Positions 13,620 through 27,534 of a stretch of DNA of 64,000 nt are shown here, one piece after another. The position numbers and the translations under genes were made by a program. The stretch is from the NCBI RefSeq assembly GCF_009914755.1, contig NC_060926.1. One strand, 5' to 3'. Source of the stretch: the human T2T-CHM13v2.0 reference genome, Homo sapiens. The stretch's first letter is position 1, and each line of letters opens with the position of its first letter. Below the pieces are notes generated by a model, which searched no databases, was not told the origin of the DNA, and saw only the letters and a list, made by a program, of their open reading frames with translations.

Positions 13620-14000
13620 AATAAATAACATAGTATGTAATCTTTTTTTAACCTTAATATGTCATGACTACCTTCGTACACCATTTAATATTCTTCTACA
13701 TCTTCATTTCAATATGTAGTATTCCATTATGTGATAACATAATGTATTTAACCAGTTATTTTTGGACACTGATTTTCCCAGTTTTTCACTGTTAAAAATG
13801 ATGCTTTATGAAATAGCCATAGAGCTCCATCTTTGTGAAATACATGATTATTTGTTTGTAATAACTTCAACATGAATTCCTGATGCATATGCATATCAGC
13901 ATGTGAGACTGCTTATTTTTTTCCATTTTGAACCCTGTCTATTATAACTTTAAAATATTTGCTCATCTGATGGGAGAAAAATATAAACCCTCATTTTTGA
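13620..14000 (-). mobile_element. L1ME-type 3' fragment
   Basis: tagtattccattatgtgataacataatgtatttaacc and tttgctcatctgatggg antisense L1 3' motifs. Confidence 0.5.
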
Positions 14001-14086
14001 GTACAGGAAAAGCTTTCTTTTACTAAGACTCCAATCCAAGTAAGGATAAAGTTAACATGTTTACCTGGCTCTTATGCATACTCATT

Positions 14087-14608
14087 GCAGTATATTTGAA
14101 AAATGGCCACAATTATTTTTTTCTTCCCTATATCCAACATTTTTGTAGTGTGATTTTGCAGTATCCTCCATCAAGGGGTGAAGTCTATTTCCTCAATACG
14201 TGAGGCTAGACCTGTGACTTGCTTTGACCTGTGGAATACAGCAAACAACAACAAAAAAATGTTTTACTGTGTCTGAGCTAGGCTCTGTTTGCTTTCTTGG
14301 AACCTCATGATCGTACTGTATAAATAAATCTGGACTGCCTAGGGGATGGTGGGAGATGCATGGCCCAAGTATTCTATCACCCAGCTGTTATCCATTCAAC
14401 TGCCAGAAGCAGAGTTACATAGCTGATATGATTTTTCAATTAAAATATCCAAGCTCACAAATATGTGAGTGAGCCCAGCTGAGATCAGAAGAGCCACTCA
14501 TGTAAACACAGCCTAAATTGGTGACTGTAGATTCATGAGAAAAATAAGTGATTATTTTAAGTAAATTTTAAGACCGTTTATTATCCAACAAAAATGAACA
14601 GAAATACA
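14087..14608 (+). mobile_element. MaLR solo LTR (MLT1F/G/H-type)
   Basis: aaaatggccacaattattt...ctccatcaaggggtgaagtctatttcc...tgtgagtgagcccagctgagatcagaag. Confidence 0.65.
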
Positions 14609-15594
14609 ACACCTATTTAGGTGGAGAAGATACATTCATACTTACTGAAAGATTTTCTTAATTAAAAACAGGAAGAATGTTTCAATAACAAAGATCAAAT
14701 CATTAGAAGCATAGTATTTATAAAGTGATGAAAATACGTCTTGAGTTCTATTGGTTATTAAATTTATGAATTGATGTTTCCTGTAAATACCTTCTAGAAT
14801 TGTTATAGATGAGGAATTCTGAGAGACTGTAGTTTAGTAGAAAGGATCCCTTGGATGAGAATATGACTATGGAGGGTTTAGTTTTAATTCTGCAACCAGA
14901 AATCCATGTGAGTGGAGACAAGGTATTTTATTTCTCTGGATTTCAGTTAGCACAACTGCAATATAAAGAACTTGTAATAACAACAATAGCTAAGATTTAT
15001 TGACTGTTTATTATGTGACAGGCATTGCTTTATGGACTTTCACATATCTTATTTCTTACAGTTGTGCTTTGACTTCTATCTGTAAAAGTATAATAATAGT
15101 GCATTCTTTGTTGTGAGGCTTCAGATTGCTCTAATTAGTCTCTGGGGTTTAACAACCCTAACAGTCTAAGACTAATCATTTTTCCTTTATAAGGCAATGC
15201 AATTAATCAGAATACTTACTTTGTTTTCATCTAGCAAATTGATTGCTATGTAATTATGAAGAGTTTTTTTTCTCCAAGAGATCCTTGTTGCATTGGGGAT
15301 CTTTCAGGACAGAATTTCTTAAGCTCATGCCAATAAGTCTTATAATATATTTAAGGGAAGACATAAAGATAAATAGTAGATCAGTAGTATATGGATAAAT
15401 GGAAGGTCAAGGCAATTTCCAGGCTGGGTTTTGAGAACAGTCAAAATGTTCAGGGAAAATCTAATAAATTAAAGTCATACAGATGGTAAAAGTACTGACT
15501 ATTCTGAGTGACTTTCATATCAACAGATGCTAAAGTAGGGGCAATTTTATACCAGAAGCAGCCTGTCAATTGCTATGCTTCTTGCAGAACACAA

Positions 15595-16590
15595 ACCTAG
15601 CCATAAAGAAAAAATTTGATTCATGGACTCGGTTATAAAGTTAAAAATTTCTTTATCAACAGATGCCATTAATCGACTAATAAGGCCAACCATAGAAAAA
15701 ATTTGCACTACCTGCAGGTACTAGTATTCACAACACATAGAAAGCTCCCACAAGTCAAAAGAAAAAAACATGTGAATAGAAAAATGGGCAACTAAGACTT
15801 GATCAGGCACTGATAAAAATGAATATCTAAATAACTAATACATTTTTTAAAAGGTACTTGAACTCATTAGTTATCATGGAAATTATATTAAATCACAATA
15901 ACCAGAATGGCTAAAATGAAAAAAGACAATACCAGATGTCTGCAAAGATACAGGGTAACTGGAACTGTCATACACTGTTGGTGGAAGTGTAACTTAGTAC
16001 ACCGCCTTTGGAAAGCTGCTACACTTGCTAAAGGTTAAGGTGTGCATACCCTCTCACCCAGTTAGTCTACTCTTAGTTATATACCCAACAGGAAATGAGT
16101 AACTTATGTTCACCAAAAGACATAAGGGTATTTTTAGTAATACTATTTGTAATAGAACACAACTGGAAATAAATAGAACAAAACTGGAAAGAAACACAAG
16201 TAGGTAAAGAGCAGCATAGTCATACAATGAAATACTATATGCTAATAAGAGAATAGACTACAGCTACACACAACATGGATGAATCTTGCAAACAAGTAAA
16301 AGCCTCCATGCACAGGAGAGTACATGCTTCATTATTCCATATATAAAGTACAAAAGCAAGCAAACGTAATGATGGTGTTAAAAGTCACTGGAATGGTTAT
16401 TTTGGGGAGGAGAGTAAAGGCTGTGAGGGGCAAGTATTTATCTTAGAAATTTTAATAACTAGGAGATGGCATGAATAGAGTGCTAAGATCTCATGTTCTC
16501 TCTTCCTTTCTAAATGGGAATTATACAGGTGTGTTCACTCAATAGTTTTTGAGCTATTTGTGATGTGTATACTTTATTATACTTCAATAA
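15595..16590 (+). mobile_element. Old L1 3' end (L1ME-type)
   Basis: Sense L1 ORF2-end/3'UTR motifs: accagaatggctaaaatgaaaa, ggaactgtcatacactgttggtggaagtgt, caacatggatgaatctt, ttatacttcaataa. Confidence 0.75.
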
Positions 16591-16600
16591 TTTTTTTCTA

Positions 16601-18575
16601 AACACTCTTCCAAAAGGCTCCTGCAACTGATAAATGACTTCAGTGAAGTTTGAGGATACAAAAATCAATGTACAAAAATTAGTAGTATTTCTATATACCA
16701 ATTAACATTCAAGCTGAGAGCCAAATCAAGAACACAATCTCATTTGCAATAGCCACCAAGAAGAAACAAACAAAAATCCTAGGACTACATCTAACCAAGG
16801 TGAAAGATCACTACAAGGAGAACTGCAAAACACTGCTAAAAAAAAAAAATAATGGATGATGCAAACAGAAAAATACTTCGTGCTTATGGATTGGAAGAAT
16901 TGGTATCATTAAAATGGCCATACTGCCCAAAGCAATCTACAGATTCAGTGCTACTCCTATGAAGCTACCAACATCATTTTTCACAAAATTAGAAAAACAT
17001 ATTCTAAAATTCATATGGAACCAAAAAGCCGGAATAGCCAAAGCAACCTTAAGCAAAAAGAACAAAGCTGGAGGCATCACATTACCTGACTTCAAATTAT
17101 ACAAGGCTACAGTAACCAAAACAGCATGGTACTGGTAAAAAAACAGACACATAGACAAATGGAACAGAATAGAGAACTCAGAAATAAAGCTACATTCCTA
17201 CAGCCATCTGATCTTTGACAATGTTGACAAAAATAAGCAACAGGAAAATAACTCCCTATTCAATAAATAGTGCTGGGATAGCTGGTTAGCTGTATGCAGA
17301 AGAATCAAACTTTACCCTGACCTTTCACCATATATAAAAATTAAGATAGATTAAAGATTTAAATGTAAGACCTCAAAGTACAAATCCTAGAAGAAAACCT
17401 AGGAAACAACATTCTGGACATTGGCCTTGGGACAGAATTTATGGCTAAGTCCTCAAAAGCAGTTGCAACAAAAAAATTGACAAGTGGGACCTAATTAACT
17501 AAAGAGCTTCTACACAGCAAAAGAAATTATGAACAGAATAAAGACAACCTACAGAATGGGAGAAAATATTTGCAAATTATTCATGTTACAAAGGTCTAAC
17601 ATACAGAATTTATCAGGATCTTAAGCAATTGGATATGAAAAAATCAAATAACCCCATTATAAAATGAGCAAAAAACATGAACAATTCTCAAAAGAAGACA
17701 TACAAGTCTTCTTGGCCCTCTCAGCCATTACCCTACTCCCCAAAATAACAACTCCCCTGACTTTTAAAACCATAGGTTAGATTTGTTTGCTTCTGCACTT
17801 TATGTGTGGCATCATGAACCATGCATTCTGTTGTGCCTGCATGTTTTTACTCAAATATAAAAAAGCCCAACATCACTACTCATTAGAAATGCCAGTCAAA
17901 CCATCTCACACCAGTCATAATGGCTATTATTAAAAAGTCAAACTGAAGCTGGTGAGATTGTGGAGAAAAGGAAACACTTATGCACTGTTGATGAGAATGT
18001 AAATTAATTCAGCCACTGTGGAAAGCAGTTTGGAGATTTCTCAAAGAACTTAAAACAGTTACCATTCGACCCAGCAATCCCACTACTGGTTATATATCCA
18101 AAAGAAAATAAATCATTCTACCAAAAACACACACACTGTAAGTTCATTGCAGCACTATTCACAATAGCAAAGACATGGAATCAACCCTAGGTGTCCATCA
18201 ACATTGGATTGGATAAAGAAAATGTGGTACATATATACCATGGAATATTATGCAGCCATATAAAAGAACAACTAAATCTTATCCTTTGGAACTAAATGGA
18301 GCTAGAGACGAACATCCTAAGTGAATAAACATAGGAACAGAAAACCAAATACCCCATTATTTTCACCTATAAGTGGGAGTAAACAATGGTTATTCATGGA
18401 CATAAAGATAGCAACAATGGACACTGGGGACTACTGGTGGAGGAAGGGTTGAAAAACTACTGGGTACCGTGTGTGGGCAACCATACTCAAAACCTTAACA
18501 TCACACAATATACCCAGGTAACAAACCTGCACATATACCCCTTGAAACTAAAAAGCTGAGATAAAAAATTTTATT
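16601..18575 (+). mobile_element. 5'-truncated L1PA15/16-like element (ORF2 3' half + 3'UTR), interrupted at 17708-17852
   Basis: ORF 16914-17138 [19 protein letters not shown]...[22 protein letters not shown] is L1 ORF2p; 3'UTR ...gtaacaaacctgcacatatacccc with an A-rich end. Confidence 0.9.
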
Positions 18576-20012
18576 TCTCAAGTAATCTAACCTGGGAGTT
18601 GTGAGAAAGCTTCCCATAGCACCACCATGGAGTTGTAGATAACAGTGGTACCTAGATACAGCAAAAATAGAGCATGCTGCTTCGTGAGAATGAAGAGCAT
18701 GTGGATGTTCAGTACTAAGGCTTCAGAGGCCTTAAGTTCAAGTGACCCAGGAAAAGCCAGGCCAAGGCACTTTTGCTGTGGTTGATGCTGCTGCACGCTG
18801 GCAAATATCACAGCCAGGGGATCCCTGGGGAGCTATGGAACTGAAGGTGTGTAAATCCTGTGAATACCGACAGCAACAGTGAGATCTGAATGAGTTAGCA
18901 TAAATCAAAGGAAGCAGGCAAAGAATCTGAGTAGGAGACCTGGGTTCAACATCCAAATACATGAAGCAAGTAAAAGGGCATCAATAGGAATACAGATTTG
19001 CACACAGGCAGGAGTTCCTGTACCAGGGAAACAGGTGGTGGACAGGGCTCAGACCAGAGGGTTAGGGAAAATACATCCCTATGTAAGATAAATGCTGTGG
19101 CTTGCCTGTTGATCCAAGGACAACAGCTGTCTGCCCAGGTAGGTGCAAAAAGTTTCCTTCTTGGTGTGGACAAGGCTGTTATACTTCTCAAAGTGAAGCA
19201 AGAATCACCAGGGACCTGGTGGCTGAAGCACAGAAAGAGGGTAAGCGCCCCTGGGGAGAACTCACAGTTCTAATGGTTTTAGCGATTCAGGAAGGAAGGA
19301 TGGTTATTTCTTAGAATTCTGTTAGTGGTAAGGGAAAACTTACTGCTGTGTGGGTGCTGTGCAAGATAATTAGAACCAAAATCATTTAATTGGAAGATAT
19401 CCTACCTTCGCTGCTATGGCTTCTTGTCTAAGAACAAACAACAGTTGGTCCTAAAATGTGAATCGTGATATGGCCTGGATCTGTCTTACTAAGCATGAAC
19501 CAAGCATGTGTTAGGAAATGGCAAGTAAAATACTAATGCTTAAATAATACCTCATTTTATGCAGCATTGGTATTCTTTTCAGAGAACTTTCACAAATCTG
19601 ATCCTATCTGAAACTCAAAACATCAGAGGGAGGCAAGGCCTTTATTCCTACCCTCCTTAAGAGATGAGTCAGCTGAACCTCAAAGAAGAAAACATGATCT
19701 AAAGACACGCACAAAACTGGTGAGCTCAGGTCTCACATTCCTGGTTTAATGCTTTCCTGCTTAAGCTGTGATGTATGCTGGATGTGGGAAGCTAACTAAA
19801 GGAGGCATGGAATATTGAGGATTTTGTTTTTTTAAAGGAGATTTTACATCACTGATGTAGGACTTAAATGGTAGGCTGACACCTGGGCTCGATTATTTTT
19901 TAGAGCTCTGTTTTCTAGGAACAAGCAAAAACTGGATTTCCTCAATTCCTAACACTGGTTGTGTTTCCACTGATAAAAGCTCGGAGCCCCTTGCTGAAAA
20001 CCCATCACACAG

Positions 20013-20179
20013 AATAGTGCTTCTGAAAATTTCATGTGCATAAGAATCATCTGGAGGGGTGGTGGTGTTAAAATGTACATTATAATTCATAGCTCTGGCA
20101 TGATGATCAAGACTGTACTTCTAGTAAGCTCTTGGGTGATGCCAGTGCTGCAGGTTTGAAGAATACATGTGGAGTAGCA
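20013..20179. mobile_element. MER5-type hAT-Charlie DNA transposon
   Basis: tgtgcataagaatcatctggagg...ggtgatgccagtgctgcagg MER5 motifs. Confidence 0.6.
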
Positions 20180-22618
20180 TCTTAGTTCAGGCTGCTATTA
20201 TAAAGTACCTTAGGCTGGGTAATTTATAAGTGATGTAAATTAATTGTTAATAGTTCTGATGGCTGGGAAATCCAAGAACAAAGTGCCAGCAGATTGTTTG
20301 GTAAGGGTTTGTTTATGCAGCATTGGTATTCTTTTCAGAGAACTTTCTAAGTAGTTCTTAGAAACTGCTTCTTAGAACTTCTTACTTAGAATCTGCTTCT
20401 AAGATGGTGCCTTGTAGTGGGTTGTTACATGATGGAAAGGGTGGAATATTCCCTTCAATCTCCTTTGTAAGTACATTAATACCATAATCTAATTACCTCC
20501 CAAAGGCCTTTACACGTAATACTACTGCATATGGGGTTAAGTTTCAACATAAGAATTTGGTAGGTATAGGGGCATGGCACAAGTGCTCAGACTATAGCAC
20601 TCTGTTCCTAGGCCTCCCAAATTTGTCTTTGTCATATGCAAAATACATTCATTTAATCACAATAGCCCCTAAATCTTAACTTGTTCCAGCATCAGCTCAA
20701 AAATTTAAAATTTGGCGTCTCATCTAAATCTCATATAAAGAGACGTGGAAAAAACTCAAGTTACAATTTATCCTGAGACAAACAGCTCTCCAGCTGTGAA
20801 CTTATAAAATTAAACATGTGATGTGTTTGCAAAATATAATGGTAGGACAGGCACAGAATAGACATTCCTATTTCAAAAGGGAGAAATAGGAAGGAAGAAA
20901 GGAATACTCAGTCTTGACCAAATCCAAACTCAATGGGGCAAAACATTAGATCTCATGGCTACAGAATGATCTTCTTTGTCTTGAAGTTCTGCCTTTCAGA
21001 CACACTGGTATGGGAATTGGGCCCCCAAGGCTCTACCTTCTGGTTTTTCTGGGCACAGTCCAAGTTGCAGCTCTTACAGGTTGGAGTCTCTTACCTGTGG
21101 CTCTCCCAGGCTGGAGTTTCATACCAGCAGCTCTTTCAGTGTGGGACCCCTTCACCCGAAAACAGCCACCAGGGTTGGGGGAGGTTGGTTTTTGCCTCCA
21201 TGGTTCCACTAGGCATTGCTCCAGTAGGAGCTTTCTATGGGGCCTCTGCCTCTGTTGCAGCTCTCTGCTTGAGCCCTGAGGTGTTCTCCAGGGTATCATT
21301 TTGAAATCTAGGTGGAGAGGGCCAAGCCCCCATAGCTGATGCATTTTGGCCCCTGGTGGAGATGGCACTGTATAGGTGCTGCCAAGGTTTACTGTCCCCA
21401 GAAGGGGTGGCCTGAGCTGCACCTGGGCCAACTTGAGGCACAACAACCTGGGCAGCCAAGAAGTGCTGCACTGGAATTTGGGGAGTGGAACCTTGAAATT
21501 ATTATTCCCAAGGCCCTGGAATTCTGGGGCTGAGATGGGTAGAGCAGCCTCTAAAGATCTCCAAAATGCTTTGTGGGCCATTTTTCCATGTCTTGATGAA
21601 GAGTACCAGACTTCCGCACATCCATAGTAATATCCTTATCACACAGCTGCGTGGCCACACCCTTGATGATCTTTCCTGAATGCACTTTTACATTGTTGGC
21701 AACATGGCCAAGCTGAGAATTTTCCAAATCTTTAAGTTTTATTTCCCTTTCGATTATAAACTGATTTGTTTCTCCCTTCTCACCTTTTGCTATAAGCAAT
21801 CAAGAGAAGCCATGACGTACCCTCAATACTTAGCTTAGAAATGTCTTCTACCAAATATTCTAGTTCATCACTTGCAAGTTCTGCCTTCGGTAGAACATTA
21901 GTACATGAATACAATTCAACCAAGTTCTTTGCCACTCTACAAGGATTGCCTTTCTTCTAGTTTCCAATAACGTGTTCCCAATTTCTGTCTGAGACCTCAT
22001 CAGAATGGCCTTTACCATCCATATTTGTACAATATTCTTATCACAGCCACTTAAGTAATCCCTAAGAAGATTGAGGATTTCTTTACGGCTCTCCTCTTCT
22101 TGTGAGTCCTCAAGAATTGTCCTTAGTCCTACATTCTTGGCAGTGGACTTCAAAACTCTTCTAGCATCTACTCATTACCCAGTTCCGAAACCACCTCCAC
22201 ATTTTTAAGTATTTGCTACAGCAGCACCCCACTCTTATTTCCAATTTCTTAGTCTATTTGGGTTGCTATAACAAAATACCATAGAGTGGGTAGTTTATAA
22301 ATGACATAAACTTCTTATTCACAGTTCTGGAAGCTGGAAAGTCCAAGAACAAGGTGGCAGCACATTCAGTGTCTGATAAAGGCTCACTCTCATTCTAAGA
22401 TGCCACTTTGTTGCTGAATCTTCACTTGATGGGAGGGGTGGAAGGGGTTAGGGTGTACCTTTCAACCTCTTTCATAAGGGCATTAAATTTCATTTACGAG
22501 GACAGAGCCCTCATGACCTAATCACATCCCAAAGGCCCAGCTCTTAATACTCTTGCATTGGGGATTAAATTTCAACATATGAATCTGAGAGTGGGGCACC
22601 AACATTCAAACCATAGCA
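20180..22618 (-). mobile_element. Full-length MaLR provirus (MSTC/MSTD/MLT1A group): LTR ~20180-20598, internal ~20599-22246, LTR ~22247-22618
   Basis: Two direct-repeat LTRs (cttagt...gctgctat...cagttctg...tccaagaacaa...tagca) flank MaLR-internal sequence (caaaatacattcatt...cagcaccccactctt...ccaattt). Confidence 0.85.
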
Positions 22619-22874
22619 TGTAGGTAGTAAGGACAGCCTATGTTCTTGTGATCACTGAAGATTGCTTTAGTGTGATGTCTTAGGGATTAAGGCTTTCAGA
22701 AACTGCTATTTATCTGACTAGAAATAGGCCAAGGTCTCCACATAAAGCTACATTTAAGTATATTTAGAAAAATCTGAGTTCTGGATCCACATTTTTAAAA
22801 GCATTGAGAAAATTTGATTTTACTTTATTTTTCCCTGACTCGTAGGAAGGAGAATTAATGAGTTGGATGCTTCA

Positions 22875-23600
22875 TGCATTCATTCATAGAATGCCTATTG
22901 TGTGGCAGTCACAATTTTTGACGGTGGAGATAGATCAAATAACAAAGTGGGAAATGTCCTTGCCCTCATGAAGTTTACAGTCTAGTGCGATGGAAAGTAG
23001 GGCTGAGTCAGATAAATTGTGAATGTGTGATGCATAAGATAGCAATGAGTGATACGCAGAAAAATATTTTTGAGAAAGGAGAGAAGGGAGATGTGGCATA
23101 GGATGTGGATTTTTAAGTTTAAGTAGAAAGGTTCATGGAGAAAATGACATTGGAACAAAGACAAGAAGGACGTGTGAGACATTACACTGTGGGGTTGTCT
23201 GATGGAAGATCATTCCAGGCAGAGGGGACCACAGATACAAAACCCTTGAGATGGGAACATGCATAGCATGTTTAGACTAGCAAAAGGGCTGATGGTGTTA
23301 GAGCAAAGGGGTGTGGGGTTAAGGATGAGATGAAGATGGGAAGAAAGTAGGACAGCTTAGACAAAGCCTCCTAGCCCATTGTGTGGACTTTGACGTTTGC
23401 TCTGAATAATGTGGAATGTCCTTGGATTGTTTTGAGCAGAGGGGAAAGAATGATAGGCTTTGACTTACGTTTTAAAAGAATTATAGCACTTGGGTAAAAA
23501 ATATAGAAGATAAAAGTGGAAGCAATGATACCAGGTAGAGGGCTATTTGTCAGCTAGGTGAGAGATGAGGCTGGCTTGGGCCATGGTAGTTACTTCTCTG
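22875..23600 (-). mobile_element. L2 LINE 3' fragment
   Basis: cattcattca...tgccctcatgaagtttacagtctagtg...cattccaggcagagggg...ttttgagcagagggg. Confidence 0.75.
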
Positions 23601-24019
23601 GTGATGGCGGATATCTTTAGACAGATGTGATTTTCATGTGTGTCTTGCTGGGTTGATGGGAAACTAGGATTTATTAATCTGGGTGCTTGACCCAGGAACT
23701 CCTGGCAGTTGGTTGTCAGTTATGAGTGGGTTTTGTATTTTTTTTTAAAGCATACCACTTTATTTTGTCTTTGCTGCTGTATTATCACTTTATCACTTAA
23801 AAATTATAAAATGTTGAAAGTGATGGTATTTGAGGTTAAATTTTACTAATACAGACTTCACAACAATTTAGCAGCTTGTATTCCATTTTTAAGTTTTATA
23901 TCACAGATGGGTGTCTTTCCATTAAAAAATAAATCAGGAGTGGCAGCATTGTCAATGTTATTTTTCTTATAATTCTAACTAGAGTTAAATATAGAAACTC
24001 TTCTGAGAATTCACTATTC

Positions 24020-24197
24020 CAGGAATGGCAAACATGCAGCAAATATTGTCACTCTACCATTTTCTCACCAATGGCAGACATTGCTAGATGATCACAGCAT
24101 TCTCTTCACTGAGTCCCGATGAAACATTGGACACTTTATCAAAACAACCACTGATAGATTAGAGTTGGCATGAGTTAAAACCTATTTGCCATTCCTG
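24020..24197. mobile_element. Non-autonomous hAT-Charlie MITE (MER117-like) with perfect 13-bp terminal inverted repeats
   Basis: caggaatggcaaa (24020-24032) and tttgccattcctg (24185-24197) are exact reverse complements; internal atggcagacattgcta and gagttggcatgag. Confidence 0.75.
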
Positions 24198-24239
24198 TGA
24201 GTAATCACTCCTCCTGACAGCTTAATAGGATTGGAGAGG

Positions 24240-24480
24240 AAGCCTTATTGCACAGTGGTGTAGCTGGAGTCAGACTTCATCTTTGTCTTGTCAAAATCCT
24301 GTCTTGTCACTTGCTAGCTCTTCAACCTTGGACCAATGACTTACCATTTCTGAGCCCTAGTCTCCTCATCTATAACATGGGAGAAAACAATACCTATCTT
24401 ATAAGGAACAGGAGATGTAAATAAAATGATACCTGCAAAGTGCTTAACACAATGTCTCACTTAAACACTTAATCTCAAAT
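24240..24480 (+). mobile_element. MIR SINE
   Basis: cttgctagct...accttggacc...tctgagccctagtctcctcatctataacatggg...aaagtgcttaacac. Confidence 0.75.
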
Positions 24481-24585
24481 GATACAATTGGCATTACAGT
24501 TTAATTAATAGACTTTAAAAGACTAATTTCTTGAGACCAGAAAATTTACAAAAGTATTCTGGCTTTGCCACCTAGCCTTTTTGTT

Positions 24586-24622
24586 TAAAAAACAAAAACA
24601 AAAACAAAAACAAAAACAAAAA
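24586..24622 (+). repeat. (AAAAAC)n simple repeat
   Basis: Directly visible, about 5 units. Confidence 0.9.
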
Positions 24623-25001
24623 CTTTTTATCTTGCAAGTATGTCCATATCTTTTCAAGGAGAAGAAACCTTCTTTGCAAATACTCCCAAGCCCACACGGG
24701 TATTATTGAAGCCCTTTATCCTGATAGATTTCACTGGGTTTAGGGGTTGGGTGGGTTCAGCGTCCAGGAATAGGAGAGTTGTGAGACACATGGTATAGTA
24801 GGAAAGCCATGGCTGGAGGAACAGACTTTGGTCATGTGGTCCTATGTCTTCCATTTTATATTGAAACTATATATGGACATTCGCATAGGGACAAGACACA
24901 TTGGTGAGGTGGTACCCAGTGACATGTCTTCTATTTTCAGGTTCACTATGAATGATGCAGGTTTTTGTCTTTTATATAGCTTTTAGAGTGATTACTCGTG
25001 A

Positions 25002-25364
<363 letters not shown>

Positions 25365-26089
25365 TAGTAGCAAAATCCATTTCCTTAATTTGGAGTTTGC
25401 TTTTTTTGTTTTTTTTTTAAATTATACTTACGCTGTACTACCTATGCACATGAATACCAGGCTATTGTCAAGAAAGGTAGCATTAAGTAGCACCAGTCTG
25501 ACCCTGGCTCCCTTGAGTTGCATCTTCAATCTCTGTACTGCAGAGGAATCCTTTGAGTGTTCTCCTGCCAAGTTGAGGGAGGCATGTCTGGGTGTCAAGT
25601 ACCGGTGCTCAAAGGCTGTTCATGAAGATCCTTTCAACAGTATTATCAGAATTGCCTTCTGTGTATTTAATACAACTTTTTTCAATGATATGTTGTAGAT
25701 GAATTAGTTTCATTCTCTGAATGACCTCATCAAATAAACTAGAGGGCCTTTATTCTGGCTTTATGGTCGCAGAGGGGTATTTTCTACTGCAGACAGTAAT
25801 ATTTCATTGGGCCTCACTATGGCCTAGATCTTGAATGGATGACACATACATACCACACACACAGACACACACACACACACACTCTGGAACTTTCCTGGCC
25901 CTTCTTCTGCCAGTGGCAGACAGCACTAATCGATTAGGGTTTTTGTTTGTTTGTTTGTTTTTTCTGAGGCTGAATGAACTTTAAAATCCTCCCAGTGAGA
26001 CATAAGTAGGTGATGGGAGATGGCACACAAAGTAAAACCTACTTGTCGTCTTTGGCCTAAGTTAAACTTGCTTGTTTTTTAATTCATTC

Positions 26090-27520
26090 CATAAATATTT
26101 TATTCTGCTTTCTATTCTTGAACAAAAGTCTGCTATTAGTCTAATTGTTTCATTTTAAGGTATTCTAACTTTTTTTTCCTGGTAACTTGGAAGATTTTCT
26201 TTTTGCATTTGTTTTCTACAACTTTACTATGTTGTGTCGAGGTGTGGATTCAGTGTTAGGTATTCTTCTTGGGATCCACTGTGATTTCTGAATTTTACGA
26301 TTCATGTCTTTTTTTCTGTACTAGGCCATTGTAAGCTGTTACTTCCTTGAAACGGCCTCTCATCATCTATTCCCTCCTTCTGGAACTCCTAGACATAAAT
26401 TCAAACTATATAGTATTCACTTCTCTTCCATGCTTTTTCTTTTTTATATCTCCAATGACTTATTTGTTTAATTTTAAACTTTCTCAGATCTATCTTCTAG
26501 TTCATTAAGTCTTTCTTAAAGTATGTTTAATTTGCTATTAATCTATCCACTGTTTTTAAATTTCAATGCCTATATAAATTTTTTTTGATAATTGGTGATT
26601 TAATTCTTTCTCTTGTTATAGAATGCCTCATTCTCAGGTCTTCAACTTTCCTTTTTATTTAATAATATTTTATATATTTCAGATTACATAATAACCGAAG
26701 TTCTGCTCCTGAATTTTATTGTTCGTTACTTTTATGGTTTTATTCTTTCCTTAGGATTTAGATTCTTCGTTAAGTGTATTTAATAATTTTGTATATGTAT
26801 TTTTTATTCTTTCAGATTGTCATACTAGTAGCCAAAGTTTTGGGAATATTATAACTCTAGCTCATAATAGATTGTTTCTTTGTGTGTTTTGTAATTTTAA
26901 ATCACAGTGTAGATTTGCAGATGGGAAGTCATAGCTCAGGTTGAGACCAGGTCCTTTCACAACAGGTTTTCCTTGTATTCTTGACAACCATTGTAGGGAC
27001 TTCTTGAGTGTGATTGATTTCTATGAGTTTGTTGATTTGGAGATTCTAGGGCAATGCAAATTTGAATTACAAATCCAATGGAAGTACAGGCCTGGGCTTT
27101 AAACTCTTAGAGATAATTTTGTTTGTTTTTATCCATAATCTAGCAGAGAGATGTTTCCCCTGTTGGTGGGAATTTATTTTCTAGTCAAAACTTACACTAA
27201 AATTGTAGCCCTGCCTGGATCTTAACCTAACCCCACCTCTTTACACTGGACCATGGCCTTCTCTATTTCTGCATGGACCTTGGAATTCTATCCTTTAGCT
27301 ACCACCATTTGTCACTTAACTCTCCCAGGGATACCATAGCATTAGCAAAACGTATTTGGTTTTCAATGCTGCCTTCATTTCTGACATTTGGGCATTTGCC
27401 ATCTTTCTTGGCAGCTCAGCTATGCATCTTAGAGTGTTATTATGTTACATCTAGCATATCTAGGTGTTTGTAGTAGGAAGGTTTTCAAGTTCTCTTATTC
27501 TGCTATCATTTTACAACCAG
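26090..27520 (-). mobile_element. Ancient L1ME/HAL1-type ORF1 and 5' region
   Basis: Antisense motifs aaagtctgctattagtctaattgtt, actttactatgttgtgtcgaggtgtggatt, tcagatctatcttctagttcattaa, ggcagctcagctatgc. Confidence 0.6.
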
Positions 27521-27534
27521 AAGCTCTGGACTGC

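Noticed and set aside
20933-22153. ORFs up to 182 aa
   Set aside because: They fall in decayed MaLR internal sequence and are not host genes.
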